A stretch of DNA of 63,377 nt, counting the filler, from Phoronis australis (lineage: Eukaryota > Animalia > Phoronida), in the NCBI GenBank assembly GCA_002633005.1. It is 7 parts of 7 records of this genome, joined end to end, with 100 filler letters (N's around TTAATTAATTAA, not from the genome) between each part and the next. Parts side by side here need not be neighbours in the genome. Positions count along the whole stretch, not along the records: positions 20,721 to 44,126 come from NMRA01001373.1; positions 44,227 to 51,619 come from NMRA01002023.1; 5 more parts are not named here. The stretch is one strand, 5' to 3'. This document shows, one piece after another, positions 37,001-50,759 of this stretch. Within the stretch, counting starts at the first letter, position 1. Each line of letters starts with the position of its first letter. The translations under genes were made by a program, and so were the position numbers. The notes under the pieces are model-generated. The model did not search any database. It was not told the DNA's origin and saw only the letters and a list, made by a program, of their open reading frames with translations.

Positions 37001-38047
37001 CGTTACCTATTGACAAAACTATCATTCAAACATTTTGACGTTTCTCAAAATATGTAATTTCTAATCCTAAAATTTGAAATGTATTTTAATTAAGTTATCA
37101 CTGAAAGTGACCCCTTAACCGCCTTCCACCTTAAGAACCCCAACCCATAGCCTAGAATCAGAATCACAATAAGGTTTATGTTGTGTTTTTTTACTGTTCT
37201 GAATAACCCTTTTTCTCTCCCTAGGCAAGCGATCCACAGAAGCGAGAACTTCGTGAAAGTTCTAGATCCCACAAAACTGCGTGAGATATCGTCATGTATT
37301 ACAAGCTACCAGTCTTGCGTGATATTTTGTAATTGCGTGTTCGCAAGATTCTTGCGGAACACACGACAGGTTGACCCAAATTTTCCAGTTTGGGACTGTT
37401 TCCGCCACGGCAGGACACACAATAAACTAGAATACGTCGTTACAGGCCCGGGAGTACCTATTGTAATAAGCTTTGGGCCTCCAGTGCTCTCGGGTAAATA
37501 TTGATTTAGACATTTTTAAACTGGTAACAAAAACTGTTCTGAGGGTTGCCAAATTCGTTTGCCATGGACAGGCCTACGTTTCACCATTTAAGAATACGAC
37601 AGACTTATCTAGTCTAAGTAAACGTGAAAGATCCACCAAATTTTTTAACCGTAATATAACTTCTTTTCTCAATGACACTATTAAAATAGTGTCACCGAGA
37701 GGGGGCAGAGGACACAACCCCGGAGCCCTTGTGAGTCAATTAATGGGGTCCGCCGGCGAAGTAAAAAGGAAACAAGAAAAACGACCGAATGAAAATGAAT
37801 TTTCTCAGGCCGGTTTGAGCCGTTCAGCTTCAGATGGACAAAAATGAGGCTTTCAGATTCAGAACTAGAAGCCAAAAGAGGATTCTCTCTTTCGTCATTT
37901 CCGACAATATGAAATTATTCTGCTGTCAGCAATGGCACAAAAATTGAGACATAATGTTATCCGCCATTGATAAATTATTCAACTTCCGTAATTTGCGGTC
38001 AAATGCCTACAGTTTTTCGATTAAAACGACTTTTTGAAAATTGCTTG

Positions 38048-38302
38048 TTAAAAATCTGCGGCTTTTAGGCTGACTGTTTCATGGAGATTATAATCACTAT
38101 CTATCACGAAATGTCCGCACCAAGCCATGTAACTGTTAGCAAAGGTGGTGGAGTACCTGAAGTGTTTTCGGAGGAGCAATCCAACAGAACTATGTCGACG
38201 GTGATAGTAACTATTGGCGTAATAACCAATAAGCCACCAGTACGGGTTCAGAGTAATTTTGATGCCGTAATACACAATGTAGAATGTCACCAAATCAGTC
38301 GC
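38048..38302 (-). CDS. Possible terminal exon of an unidentified gene
   Basis: Acceptor GATTTTCAG then 84 open codons ATDLVTFYIVYYGIKITLNPYWWLIGYYANSYYHRRH..AWCGHFVIDSDYNLHE..*; no family recognised. Confidence 0.3.
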   Translation of the reverse strand, partial: ATDLVTFYIVYYGIKITLNPYWWLIGYYANSYYHRRHSSVGLLLRKHFRYSTTFANSYMAWCGHFVIDSDYNLHETVSLKAADF

Positions 38303-40749
38303 CTGAAAATCTCAATGCCCGCCCTCCTTACAAAGAACAAAAAACAGCAATTCCGAACATCGCCCCGTGGTCACTGTTGAACCTGGTGTTGTGCGGCCGC
38401 ATACGCTATGTTCTCTTCAACAATGATACACAGAAATACGTATGGGGATACAACTACATACAGTAAAAGGACGCGTTTACATAAAGAAATGTAATTAATG
38501 TTAGTTTAAAATAATGTTTGTTGCATACTTAAATGACCTTTTTACATTGATTCTTCATCAGTACAAACCAACAGTCCTTAAGTGTAAAGACTAGCCGCAT
38601 ATACAGAAGGGATGTTCAATTTTACGTTCTTTGAAATCTGTCTTGAGTGAATAATTATTGATAATTATTTCCTTTAAAACTGCATCACAAAATGTTTGAC
38701 ACAGTTTCCAAAAATACGTCCCCCAATTCCGAAAATACCCCCGGACATATATTTCATTTAACGTTTTTGAAAGATAGTTTTCCGAATATCCGCCCATTGG
38801 CCCATTTTTCAGGAATGCCCGATAGTAGGACCATGCAGAAAACATGATCAGTGAATGAATTTCTATGGAAATAAAGAGTGCGAAGAAAAAAAATATTTTA
38901 TATTCTCAGTTAATTACTTTTAGTGAATTATTTTTCATTATTATTCTACGCTAACAGTAGTTGACATTGTTTGTCTGCACCTTCCTAAAATGCGGGATGC
39001 GTGTGTATGGGGTCACGTTATTGTGGGGTTGTGCGTCAGGAGGCCTGGTGTTGTGTTGTCCCAGTTGCCCGCTTTATTATTTCGACGTCACTGCCTGTCA
39101 ATGTTGAAAGTTGCTTTTGGACACGGGGAGCAGTAAATGTGATACTTCCTGGCTAGCATAATGGTAGCAGCCGGGCCAGCACCAGCCCAGTACTGGCACA
39201 GGCTAACAAAACGGTACCGGATTCGGCACCGTTTGCGCAGATGTAAAAACCAAAATCAAAACTAGACCGCAAGACGCCACGAGGCATGGAAAGCGTAGAG
39301 GGCACCCTTTTTAAGTGCATCGGGACACTCCACTTGCAGGGCATGTGCTGGTTGTAGGGAAATATGGAGCACAAGCCAAAGGTATCCTAGCAAAATTACC
39401 CAGAATTCCCTGTCACGAAGGCTTGGAATAGCCGAATTCATCGTTTGGAAAGTTTTCCCTTATAACTGAGAATGATAGGGAATTAATAGGTTAGTAAGTA
39501 AGGTGGCTAAACCATTCTGTAATTAGAATTTCACAGCCTGAATAGTCAATATCAATCATTTTTGCTTTGAAAAGATTTAACCGTCATTACGGAGAAACGG
39601 CATTTTGTCCGATTTCTTTGATCTTGTACTGTGTTTACTTTGCCGTGACATAAACCGAATAGCTTTTGTTGGAATATTAATTTACATAAAAAGCTTATTT
39701 TTAATAAACAAAGCTAAATATAATATGAAACCATTTTACAGAGCTCTGTTGCAAACAGGGTTTGTAATCCATAGAAATAATTCTTTCATGTTCAATCAAA
39801 CCTGAAGAACCACTTTCTAAGAGAAAACGCACATATTTGACTGCCACCGTAAAATGGGTACCCGAAAAATAGCAAGTGATAATAAATCTTACTCGACGTA
39901 TACTGCCTAGACCCCACTTGCTCGCGCAAATCCTAGTTGCACGCCCTAGACATGCAGAAGTCGAGTTATCCACCCGCAACGATACACGAGAGGGCAAAAT
40001 ATCAATTCTGGGTCATCCTCATGCTGGAAACATGACTGTTATGTGGGAATACCCAACCTCCCCTGTTTCTGAAGCAAAGCAACAAAGTACTCGACGGAGC
40101 TGTGGTGAGCTGGACTAAACCCAGAACACAGGACATTTTGTGGCCTCCCATCCCGAATATCATTAAATAATATTCGGAATGGGAGGCTCAAGATCACCCG
40201 TTTCCAACGTATTTGGAAACCTAAGAAATGAAAACCTCACGAATGACATTGGGAAACACTGTAATGACTAAACGAAAGTTTAGACAACTTGTTACTTACA
40301 AGTTCTTTTTCATCTACAACGTAGGCAATGCCGGATTTAGATTTTGGGCGTCCCGGGCACTTCACGCTCGAGAGCCCTCACTTAGCAGTGGGAGTTAAGT
40401 AGAATCCAACTAAACTGTATGAATGTACATATTCTGCTTCTGTACAACACTGCTTTTCCTACCAGTGACCAGCAGACACGCGCATTAGTTGTTTTGAGTT
40501 GCAATACTGGAATCAAAAGGCAGGACATATTTTATAACGTATCATGTAATCAATGATTGATGATAGAACCAAATAGATTTGTACCAATCACTCAAAACCA
40601 GAAATTTCCATCTCATGAAAGTATGAGAACTTGTGCTGAGAGAAAGTCACGTGGCAATAGCCTATAGCAGGAAACATTGGGCCCGTTCCAAGAAACTGTC
40701 TTAAGTCCAATACTAAGATTTGTCTTAACTTCCAAACTTTGAAATTAAC

Positions 40750-43700
40750 GAGTCAATGTACCACCTGACCCACAACACATTGCAACAAAAAGTTTTGCAG
40801 TGGTTTTATGCACTGCTGTGTATCCTTATTGACAGGAAAAAGTCTACCAAAATCTGACCACCGGAAACGGGTTAAAACTGCGTCATTTCCAAGATGGCCG
40901 TCACGACGTTTCAAAATCACCAAAAATACATATAACTTCTTCAATAATTGAGATAGAGACATAATTTTTGGTTCTAGTCTATGGTTTTAAGGGGTGAGCA
41001 ACTCGCTGGTGTGGTTAAAACTAAGATATTTGTATTTGATATGAAATTCAAGATGGCGGCTAAAATTCAAAAACACTGAGAAATCACTGCTTTTCACTTC
41101 ATCAATTATAACGAAAATATGATTAGATATGACTGGTTTCTGATTGAATGATCTTAAAACATTTAGATTTGACTGATTTCTGACTGAACTACTTTAAAAT
41201 ATGAACATTGCATTAATATTTAATCCAAAGCATTGGCTTGCATAAAAGTAACAAAAAAAATTTCCAGTGTATGTTTGCGTGCCACTGGTTTTTATTTAAA
41301 GAAACACACAAGACAAGGAAACTAGAAGCCCAAGGCAAAATGTCAACATCTGTCTGGAGTGTCCCAAAATCAACCGCAATTGTGCAGATCATCGACAATC
41401 GTGAGAAGAAATCTGTGGCTGGTCTGAAAATGTTCCATACTGCTCAGTCAATGATCAAGGCAGATCGCACTCGGCCTTGGATGATCACTTGCCAGCTGTT
41501 GGAGAGGCCTTGCCAATATTTGCTGCAGCTGGACAGCACAACTACCTGAAATCTGCTTACCTCTACATACAAGAAATGGCTGATAAGGAGAGCAAACACC
41601 CAGATGTGTGTGCGAAGTTTCAAAAATGACTTTCGTATGATTCGGCGAACAAACCAGTTTTGGACAGGCCTCAGCTGTGATCTAGCCATTGAGAAAAATT
41701 ACTAAATGCGATCGCTAAAAGGCACAGGCGGCGTGACTCGTGGCAGTAAGATGACAGAGGAGCAGCAAGCATTGTGGACAATGTTGGTCGCCGTAACGTT
41801 AGAGGTGAAGATCACCTTGCAGGACTCCAATGACCTCACGTACTCAACAAGCGAACAACACAAACAGGCAACTGCTGCCAGAAATGAAAGATATGAATGC
41901 GACTTTGCAAAGATAAGCACAAAGCTGACCGCATTTTCACCCTTCTCCTCAGACCCTGCGCTACGTAATGTCATCAATGGTGTTGTCGCCAACGCAAACG
42001 CCAACGTGCATGGATGTCAATCTGTTGGGAACAAAATCACTGAGAGAATTGTTCGACAACCTGTGTTTTCTTTCTCTTTTAAGAGGACAGACAGAGAATG
42101 CCAAGACCCTGGGAAATGCAGCTACAGTCCAGGTTGGTCCTGACGGAACCACTGATCCTTGCTTACTCTTCCAGTCATCCCAGGTGGTATTCCGGTAAGA
42201 CGACTTGTTTCTGGAGGAAGTTGTGAGTTTTGAGCTCAGTCCACACCTACAGTCTCTCTATGAGGACAATTTGATCTTGAAGAAGGCTGACAGACCTCAA
42301 CTGGCTCAAACCGTTCATGACCGCTGTTCCAAGGCCCATGCTTTGGAGGAGCACCAAACTTCACACCTTCAGTACGTCTCCAGACTGAAAGGTATGCGCT
42401 TGATGGGGAATCTTTTCTGCACAAGCTCAAATGGAAAAAGAGATATACCTATGGAAAATTGTCGGAGCATGCGCTGACTTCACGGCAAAGCACTCTGAGG
42501 CAGCCACTGTCGTCTTTGATGTTTATGGTGCAGGTCCTTCGATAAAGGATAACACAGAGACGGAGACATACCAGCTGCTATCCGACTGTGAACTTCACCG
42601 GAGAAACGGACTTTGGTGGTTAAGAGAGATGAATTCCTATCCATTGGCAATAACAAGCAACAACTGATCGCCTTAATAAGTAAGCAGTTGCAGAAAGTGG
42701 GATGCACAACCGGTCAGGCTGAAGGGGACGCTGATGTGGTCATTGCAAAGACACCAGTAAACAGTATAATATGCATTCCACCACAGTAATTGGCAAGGAC
42801 ACTGACTTGTTGATGCTTATGCTTCATTACTGTGAGGTTGACGGGAAATCATTATTTTTCAGATCTAGCGACCAGTCATGAAACAATCTTAAAATATACG
42901 GCATAAATTGGATGAGGCGTGTGCTCAGGATTAAATTGTGTACCCAGCTACTATTCCTACCCTCCTTCACAGGATACAATGCAAAGTCTCGTGTATATGG
43001 CGTTGGAAAGACTTCAGTCTCTCAGAAACTCGTGAAAGATGACCAAGTCCTCCAGTCATGCACATTCACTACGAAAGGTGTAATCCCCGCTGAGAGAAAC
43101 TAGGCAGCCAAGCGATGGTGGCAATGCGTGGTGGAGAGAGCACGTGTTCTCTGGTTTGCCGTGCATTACAACATATTCACAAAGAAGCTTGCTGCTGCTA
43201 AGTCTTTCGCTACTCCCGAACGTCTTCCACCAACGGAATCATGCAGTCACCAGGTTTCATTGTCTCGAGTGTACTACCAGGCCATGGTTTGGATGGAGAT
43301 GGCAAATGACCAGGATCCTTTAGACTGAGGCTGGAGTCTTGAAGACAATCAACTCGTACACATCATAACTGCCATGAATGCTGCACCAGACACTCCTCTA
43401 GATGATACACTGCAACTGTACTACAGCTGGTAGCATGCCTGGTGCAGTTGCAGAAAGAATGGGCTTTCATGTACATCTATATGTAGATTGTGCCTAGCGA
43501 CATGTTGTGACAATCCACTAAATCTAATTTCTGAGGAACGTGAAGACAGAGATGAGGGTTGACCTGAGGCAGTATGCATACGTGAAATGAACTTAACATT
43601 CTTGGATGAAAATGTAACCTACTCGTTCATGCGTCATGTCGACGAATGAATACTTTATAAACACCTCTTGTTCAGTCATTTTGTTACTGACAGATGCCTT

Positions 43701-44126
43701 TTAGTAAAGGGGAATTTTTCAGGCTTAAGTTATTGAGCATCATACAACCTATACCTTGGTACACATTCTTTGTCAGTGCATTCCAAACACTGTAGTTCAT
43801 TAGATTGCAGTCAGGACTTTGTGTAAAACATGTTGTAATTAACCCCAGTTAGCTCGTTCTTAGGACTTGAAAACACCATGACTTTGCAAAATGTAGCACA
43901 CAACAGACTATAACAAAACCCTTGAAACGTACTTCTGAATAAATTTATTGCTAAGTGTCATCCTTCTTGATAATAACACTTTGTATAATTTTGTAGGCTA
44001 ATTTGGCATTGACTTTTTTATTATAAAAGTATCTTTTCTGTCTTGGAACAAAAACACAGTGTATTATTATATTTTTATGGTGTACTGACAATAGATTGAT
44101 ATGTACATGTGCAAAATTTCGTGCTA
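40750..44126 (+). mobile_element. Academ-like (XPG/PIN nuclease + Cys-rich finger) DNA transposon relic, cut by contig end
   Basis: Subterminal CAAGATGGC repeats (40890, 41049) followed by a decayed long ORF; left boundary approximate. Confidence 0.75.
41240..43530 (+). pseudogene. Frameshifted Academ-type transposase
   Basis: IRRTNQFWTGLSCDLAIE..MRSLKGTGGVTRG, DPCLLFQ, FELSP, VVFD.Y..PSIKD, QAEGDADVVI, GKDTDLL, LPPTE, RVYYQ..W..DPLD*GW, IHCNC...CSCRKNGLSCTSIC; many stops and frameshifts. Confidence 0.85.
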
Positions 44127-44226
44127 NNNNNNNNNNNNNNNNNNNNNNNNNNNNNNNNNNNNNNNNNNNNTTAATTAATTAANNNNNNNNNNNNNNNNNN
44201 NNNNNNNNNNNNNNNNNNNNNNNNNN
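44127..44226. other. Artificial contig linker
   Basis: 44 N + TTAATTAATTAA + 44 N. Confidence 0.99.
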
Positions 44227-44321
44227 CGATATGACGGTGTGCAAGCCGCTGAGGCTACGAGAGCACCAGTTCTATCAAAATCTCCCGAAGGACCTACAGG
44301 AGTTTGCACCCATTTATAAAG
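44227..44321 (+). CDS. IP6K: Inositol hexakisphosphate kinase, first visible exon (5' truncated by contig start)
   Basis: DMTVCKPLRLREHQFYQNLPKDLQEFAPIYK(G); matches the IP6K TVCKPL..RE..FY..LP.....F.P.YKG segment; G|GTTAGA donor. Confidence 0.92.
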
Positions 44322-44742
44322 GTTAGATGCAACAGCTTGTTCTCTTCTGATGTTTCTTAAAGTGAGACTTTCATGTCTGATGTCTGCTGTTTGAATGTAA
44401 ATAAAATGTCTGAGACATAGACAGTAAAAATATGTACTTCAAAATCTGCAGTGACTTATTCCACGATTTATAAGACAGTCTAACATTGGAGCTTGAGGTA
44501 CCAAAGTTTTCTATTAATCGTGATTAATTTAACATGACTCTCCTTGAGTTGTAAATTGCTGAAAGTGATAATGAAACGCTAGGGGTGGCCTTCAGTAACA
44601 CATGCTTGGCAATAATGTAGTGGGACAAACTTTGCGAAATTGAAATATGACGTTGTATCCGGTGGCTGACCTCTCATCATTTTCCATGTTAAATTAATGT
44701 GTCCTCATCTGAGTGTGCTGTAGAGGTGCTTTCTTTCTTCAG

Positions 44743-44953
44743 GTGCTATAGAAGTTAACTTCAAGGAAGACCGGGATGGTTATGTCACCTTCTTGGGCTA
44801 CCCCACGGACCACCATGGTACTAAGCGAGCACGGGCAGAGCTAGAGACGCGCCGCGACTCTTGTGGTGAAGCGGGCGGCTCTGATACAGACACTGACTCG
44901 CAAGATTCGTTGTCCTCAGCACTCCCCGAGACTTCAGATGAAGAAGCCTTCAG
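44743..44953 (+). CDS. IP6K: IP6K exon (211 nt)
   Basis: AIEVNFKEDRDGYVTFLGYP..EEAF(R); TTTCTTCAG acceptor, AG|GTCAGT donor. Confidence 0.9.
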
Positions 44954-45670
44954 GTCAGTTAACCCCAGTATGTTATGTTCATCCTTGTGGCCTTCAGGTC
45001 CATGGTTTTGTAAGCAACGGACTCTAGTGCACAGAGTAGTGTCTTTGAGGTCATTATTATAGTACACTATATCCAAAAATGTTTTCACACTTTGGTACAC
45101 GGGCATGGTAAACAAACGAAGAGCGAAAATTGAACACGCAATGCTACTGGAAACTGGAAAACATCATGGATGCGCAAAGACAACTGATATTCTTCTCAAG
45201 GTAACAAACAATGCATTTTGATTCCCTCTTTATGAATTTATATCAGCATTCTTTTCCTAACCTAATATACAGTTCAGTTATTGTCATTTGAAGTGTGAGG
45301 ATATCTCTGGACACCCTGTATTTACGGTAAAATGTCTTGATTTTGAGCACTAAAAATAACTATTTTCTTAATAATTAAGAGAACGAGTGATGTCTGTGAC
45401 CTTAGAAAAATTGAAGCCTTCGCTCATGTTTTATAAATGTCATCTGGCTAGCTTCAGTGTTCTTAGTTCAATCATGAATTTTCCCACAGCTTGTCTTGAT
45501 GGCAGCTAAATGATTTTTTTCGAGAGGCTTAGTTTTCATTCAAGTGAACACCCTAGGCTTTAAACTTCAGGAACTCAAAAATATCAGGGGTTGGGCATTA
45601 AGCAGTATACAGCAGCTCATGGGCATTCTAAAGGGAATTTGCTAAATATGCAGGGGTGAGGTGGTTGAAC

Positions 45671-45859
45671 GGAGAACTACCAGCTGAGCTGTCTGCCTCA
45701 AGTGAACGATAGCTGAGCCGACAGCTCACACCAAGGCAAGAACAACTGACTGAACTACCGGCTAGTTCACTAAGTTGCTTTCATGTTGTCACGCCGTGGT
45801 GTGAGCTGTTTGCTCGGCTACTGTCTACTTGAGGCAGACAGCACAACTCTTAGCTCTCC
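45671..45859. mobile_element. Palindromic MITE in IP6K intron
   Basis: Arms GCTGTCTGCCTCAAGT..ACAGCTCACACCA and TGGTGTGAGCTGT..ACTTGAGGCAGACAGC are reverse complements. Confidence 0.8.
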
Positions 45860-45965
45860 CAGTCTGCTGTGGCTCTAACACTGGCAGATACAGCAGTCGT
45901 ACTATTCGTGTCATTTCGACCGTTATAGCGTGTCATCGCAAAGTATTGTTTGTAAACCGTTGCAG

Positions 45966-46123
45966 GTTGCGTATGCGAAGTAGCGGTAGTATTGAAATAA
46001 ATCACACGGAGACTGAAGAGCAAGAGGGTACCTCGGACACCACCACCTGGAGTGCGCTCTGCCACAAACGGCAGTTGGAGAAGATGATTCAGGATAGTGC
46101 CAAGGCCAAGCACAAAACCAAGA
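45966..46123 (+). CDS. IP6K: IP6K exon (158 nt)
   Basis: LRMRSSGSIEI..TWSALCHKRQLEKMIQDSAKAKHKTK(K); WS..CHK.QL motif; TTGCAG acceptor, A|GTGAGT donor. Confidence 0.9.
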
Positions 46124-48370
46124 GTGAGTAAAACGAGCGCATGCAGTGGCATGTGTTGTTGTTCTGTCCGATTTGTCTGTCCTCCCGCAGGTGGCGTGAG
46201 TTGTTACTCCTTTTCTTTAGTATGATGTAAAATTATTATGGTAGCACTGTGGGATTCTGGGAAGTAATAAAATGAGTTAAAGTAGCAGCTGTAAAATCAC
46301 CGTCAGGAAAACTAACTTGATTTGGACCACTTCGCCTCTTGAGGTTGGTGTCATAGTGTCTCTTGGAAAGAACTGACAGCTTGTCATTGTTTGAGACTAG
46401 GATCTACAATTTGGCTTGTAATTGCATGTCGTATTATGGGTCGGGCATGTTCTTGAGCAATAAAAAACTGCCAGTTTTTTTTTTTGTTTCGAAATCTAGA
46501 ACTCGTTTCTCGTTTGAGCTAGGAACACGTTTTATAGCTGTAAGTGGGCTAACTCACCTGCGTTAGCCTCCGCATAGTGTTGTTGTGTTCTCGGAGGGAA
46601 TGTCAATAGCCATCGAATGTCGTCACACCTCATGAAGAGAATGTGACAAGTAATCAATATCTGACTCATTCAGCTGTCATCTCATCTGCCGTGTTACTGT
46701 TATTCTGAAGGTACTCGTCACGGTTTGTGGCCGTGTGCCCGCATTGAACACCCTCATACCATATTGTTTGTTAGTGAGTAAAATTCACAAAATTCATTAG
46801 TATATAAACAGTAGACAAAAGTAATCGACAAAATACCATTTTCCCGTCATGACGGATAATTCTGTTAACAGCAAAAATGACTAGTAATAACTATTAGGGC
46901 GTCAAAATTCTATTAGCGAATGTGCAATTCCGCCATATTTGAATTTGCTGCCACAATTGCATTATGGGAAATGAATGCCTCTATCGCTTGACGACCAATT
47001 GTGTACAGTGTTGCTGGGTGTTGTTGTAACGAATATTTAACAAAGAAGCGATCAATAAAGTTATTTTATTTGAATTCTTATCATAAAATTAATATTAAAC
47101 GAATAACTAGTGCAGAAAACATGCAACTGTATTTTATTATAGAAATGTTTTGGAAATGAATAAAGTCACCATTGCCGCACTCCACCTCCGTCGACTGTGA
47201 CTGTGTTCGACCGGGTGACATTATACTCATAATCAGCTGCAATATTCTCTTCCGTATAGAAACTCTCACGCTGTTGCTAGGCATACATGCTATCCCAGAA
47301 TGCAATAGAGAGGAACTGGTGTGGGGCATGGGCATTGAGATTTGCACATTCACTGTAAATATTGGCTTAACCTCCTCACTAACTTTCCTGTTAATTACCC
47401 TTCATTCTCAAACATTAGGGGAGACAACTCCAATGCTGATTTTGGCCTCTGCCCAGCCATCATGACAAAGAATCCTGGGTCATTTTGTCTGATTACTTTT
47501 GGTTTATACCAAATATAACTGTAAAATGGATCAGGTTATTCCTGCAGTTTTGAAAACCAGAAATCTTTGGTTATCAAATTTCCATTTTGCGTGAGACTTG
47601 TTATGGCCAGTACATTGATAAAAATGACACACCTGCTGAAGTGTCTCCTTTTCCCTCCAATCACGGGACTGTTGTAATAACAGTAATTGTGACATTGTTT
47701 TATCGAATTTGATTCATTGGGAAGGAGGTTTACCTGGACTAAAGTGTAGGTGAATGGTACTATTATCACACTGACCATAGATTGTCAGGATTGAAACTAG
47801 AGTTCTGACATACATATTTGCTATGTAGACTCTGTTAATACGTTTTTGGCTCCTTTGTCTCACAAATCGTCTTGATTTCCTTAAGAACTGTCTGCTATTT
47901 CTGAGGTGTAGTGCTCCCTCCCATAAATTTGATCTCTCTTCGCTATGTTCAGTGTATTTAGAAAGGTAAAGAAATTCGTCATAAGTAATCTAGCTTTACA
48001 GAAGTTATTAGTGAAAACCTGGAACACAAGAAGGAAAACAACAATAGCATGTTTCATTTGAAAATTCGTAAGTGAGGGCTGAAATGTTGAAGAGCCGGCC
48101 GTTCGCTGAAACTCGTTGAAGTTCTTCCTGAACACTGAAATCACTTCTAAACTGAGTAAGAAATTAGTGAAACTGTTTTTAAAGCGGCTTATGATCAAAA
48201 TGATAAGTTTGTTGTTTGACAGCAATCAATACCTTTAAATTAAGTCATCAAAGTTCCGCCGTTTCTTTTATGTTATGGCGTAGAATTCTCTCTTCTCAAT
48301 GTCTTTGCTCTTCGTTTGCGGAGGTCGAAAAACACATTGTGTGATCGATGTAGTTTTGAAATGCACAACT

Positions 48371-48423
48371 GCTAACACACATCTGAGCGTAGTCAATGCT
48401 AACACACATCTGAGCGTAGTCAA
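48371..48423. repeat. 27-bp tandem duplication
   Basis: GCTAACACACATCTGAGCGTAGTCAA twice. Confidence 0.9.
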
Positions 48424-50127
48424 ACACAGATACGACGTTTTACTGCACCTTGCTCAGCATTGCAACTTTCTGTGTGTTACAGTTGAATTATATTCACTTA
48501 GAATGTCCAACTGATGTTAATGCAGACCTGTGTACCATACGCAAAAAATGCGGATTCGTACGGATATCAAGTCTCCAGTACGCAAGTACACACCGCCAGG
48601 CAAAAATACGCAAATTCAGCAAATTCAAAATAGATTATTAATTCGCTTGCTTCTTGCAGATTTGTAGTCTAAACAGACGAGGAAGGAGATTTTAAAGTTA
48701 GAAATGAAAAAAAGATATCGTAAAAGCATTATTTTAGTTAAAAAGTTGAGCTACAAACTCGGAAAACTTCCTTGTTTCATTCTCGAAATAGCCTGATAAT
48801 CGGCAAATCGCGAGGACTCTTCGATCGGCATGTGTTTCACAGGCCTAACCTATAAGCAACGACTTCTGTGATTTGTGGATTGCTTACTTCGTCTAATTCT
48901 GGCTTTTTACGGCTAAATACGTACTGTTGACAAAGTGGCAAAGCACGTATGGTCGCATGTTCCGAGCTGTCAAGAAAGTAGATTCAGAAAGAAGGGAACA
49001 TCTGTTTTTGCAACGTTATTCCGAAGAATGACAATGTCTTGTCCAAGGGACCGTGGAATTTATACTGCAAGTTGTTTAGCGTATTTTTTGCGGACATGGT
49101 GACTGCACTGACCTCATAGCGTGTTGAGCTGACGATAATACTCGACTCTCGAGCCACAGTCGAGCCTCGAGGTCTCAAGGAGTCAAGCCTTGACTCAAGG
49201 TCTTTAGATATGCAATATGGTGGTACGTGATCACAGACACTTGCAATGAATAATTATTCAAAACTTTTGTGAATGGTTAAGAAAATATCGATGCAAAACA
49301 TTGTCCAGTGCAGATTCATCAACACATTTTTGCAGATATGTTGTGTTATGAAATGAGGTGTACATTATTCATGTTCAGTAAGGACATTTGATTAACAGGA
49401 CCTTTTCACTATGCGCGTTGTCTCTCAACTAAACAACTTAAGTTATTCCGAAAATTGGTGATCAATTCACTACGCGTGTTTTAGAAAGTGTTTGAGAGGC
49501 AAGCAAGTAGGAAAAGAACCTATACGCGTACCCAGGGGGTTGAATGAATGTCAAAACCGAAAGTCCGAGGAAACAAGTCCTCTAAAGAGGCAAAAATTCG
49601 GCGCGAAAGGTCTGAACGCTAAGCAAAGCCCCTTCTTTTTTTAGTCGGTGAGATAGTGAAAGTAAATTTGGTCTGTCCGTGAGAATCTGCGAATTTACTG
49701 GAAAATCTGCAAATCTGGCGTTCGGAGTACTCCAATGCAGTTTGGGTGGTACACAGGTCTGTTAATGTAAAGTGGTGATTAGAGCAGCAGCAGTTTGGCT
49801 GATGCCCCACGGATACACAGCATTGTGGGTAAATACCGTAGAGTCCGATGTGTTGTGGTACTTTGGGACGTGGCTGTTAGTACGTTTCGAAAGGCGAGTT
49901 TGTTGTGAGTTTGTCGATATCCTGCTGGGACACTTATTAAATGGCTAGTGTCCCTCGCAGCCTTCTGGTGCACACTAGCAAAATTCTTTGGTGAGGCTGG
50001 AGTAATGAATTGACGAAAAAGATTCCGTTAACACGATTTCTGACCAATAGCTTTTTTGGAAGAATCTTGCTTTATGTCACACACATGTACTACGGCTCAT
50101 TAGCTAACCTCCCCTTTATACATGCAG

Positions 50128-50303
50128 AGTTCATCCTGCTTGAGAACGTGACCAGCCAGTTCCAGTGTCCGTGTATACTGGACATAAAAGTGGGCACTCG
50201 CCAGCACGGAGATGACCAGCCGCAGGACAAGATACAGAGAAAGATGTTACGCTGTGCCAACACTACATCCTGTACACTCGGCCTTAGGCTGGGTGGGATG
50301 CAG
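50128..50303 (+). CDS. IP6K: IP6K exon with PxxxDxKxG motif (176 nt)
   Basis: FILLENVTSQFQCPCILDIKVGTRQHGDD..TTSCTLGLRLGGMQ; CATGCAG acceptor, CAG|GTACTG donor. Confidence 0.96.
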
Positions 50304-50759
50304 GTACTGTCTCACACTTTGCACACCGCTTTTGTTTGGCCTCACTAAAGGATTGTTTTCAACTGCAGAATTGATCGATAAAATCGTGTCCCCAATGTCT
50401 CTTTGAAGAAAAGCATGTGACCTTCGAAGTAAAAGATGGGCACTGGTATCCGCAGGAAATGACATTTCAAAATATGACTAATTATAGTGCTTAGTATCAA
50501 AAAAGCGTACTAAATAATATTCTCTTTTTGACTGTCCTCCAACCTTCTGTGTGTTTTTTCCCTCCCAAAAAGCTGATTTCCACCTGGTTTTCAACAACAT
50601 TTCAAAACCGTAGTATACCCTTTGTCAACTGCCTCCTCTAGTGTACATTGGACAATGTCAAAAATCTCCGTGCGTGTGGACGAGCCCTGACTAAAATACA
50701 TCTTTATGACTATTACAGGTTTGCTAGCTGTAGCTCTAACTTCTAATTTTGTTCTTCAG

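Noticed and set aside
37225-37280. Plus-strand exon-like segment (QAIHRSENFVKVLDPTKL)
   Set aside because: Splice signals look plausible, but no in-frame neighbouring exons or recognisable domain were found
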